Shown here piece by piece: positions 8,216-8,530 of a stretch of DNA of 8,530 nucleotides. The notes under the pieces were generated by a model, which was not told where the DNA came from, searched no databases, and was given only the letters and a program-made list of their open reading frames with translations. This DNA is from Paraspadella gotoi (taxonomy: Eukaryota > Animalia > Chaetognatha), in contig CM119263.1 in NCBI GenBank assembly GCA_051294375.1, forward strand, positions 2,907,358 to 2,915,887, written 5' to 3'. Position numbers and translations under genes: made by a program. Position 1 is the stretch's first letter. The number at the start of each line of letters is the position of its first letter.

Positions 8216-8409
8216 TGAGAAGGTTGCACGTTCGATAGTAGGGCTCACCATTTATGGTAACAGCGGGGTTGCCTGTGATGCCCATTGGGATGGGGCATCT
8301 CACTTTTGGCTTTGAGGGCTTCCGACCCTCAGTGACACCTCCAGTCCTCACGGTTACCCTAGGGTGGTTTCGCTTTGCCAACACAGAGGGAAGACGTTAG
8401 GACTGTGGA

Positions 8410-8504
8410 TGGAACACTACGCCTGGGATGGTGTGTTCCCCCTCTGAGCCAATGGATTTGGCTGGAGGATGGTGGACGTGAGGCGTTGTGAATATACCGC
8501 CACA
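8410..8504 (+). repeat. Right terminal direct repeat (95 bp; 101 bp if extended to TGTGG at 8404)
   Basis: Second copy of 7925-8019. TGTGG (8404-8408) is the inverse complement of the terminal CCACA (8500-8504). Confidence 0.95.
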
Positions 8505-8530
8505 CATGCCTCTTATTTTCCAAATAACAA

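Larger units (their letters stand above)
7925..8504 (+). mobile_element. Small non-coding element with direct terminal repeats and a highly structured interior (putative non-autonomous retroelement, TRIM-like architecture)
   Basis: 95-bp direct repeats at 7925-8019 and 8410-8504, both reading TG...CA. The 390-bp interior is rich in stems, with a clear GC step relative to the flanks and no credible ORF. Confidence 0.65.

Noticed and set aside
7909-8384. Minus-strand ORFs of 96 and 110 aa inside the structured element
   Set aside because: No recognisable domain. They overlap in different frames in GC-richer DNA and are antisense to the strand favoured by G-U pairing.
8336-8405. HDV-like ribozyme around CAGTCCTCACGG
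   Set aside because: I could not build the P1/P3/P1.1 nested double pseudoknot on either strand by eye. A formal descriptor or covariance-model search is still worthwhile.

Overview
This is gapped eukaryotic genomic DNA, probably from an invertebrate. It is AT-rich with abundant CT/GA, GGA and GAA simple repeats, no obvious CpG depletion, and six N-runs totalling about 1.5 kb. No gene family can be recognised, and most supplied ORFs are artefacts of N-runs or low-complexity sequence. There are two unnamed candidate coding exons (about 3215-3452 on +, and 4319/4451-4543 on -) and two clusters of promoter-like motifs. The standout feature is a ~580-bp GC-richer element at 7925-8504. It has two 95-bp direct terminal repeats (92/95 identical, 485-bp period) around an interior that can be folded by eye into a branched structure carrying three tandem copies of a 27-28-nt hairpin module. 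G-U wobbles point to the + strand as the folding RNA. It looks like a small non-autonomous RNA-mobilised element (TRIM-like or retrozyme-like architecture), but I could find no canonical PBS, TSD or ribozyme core. A 19-bp periodic array also emerges from the large gap at 7754.
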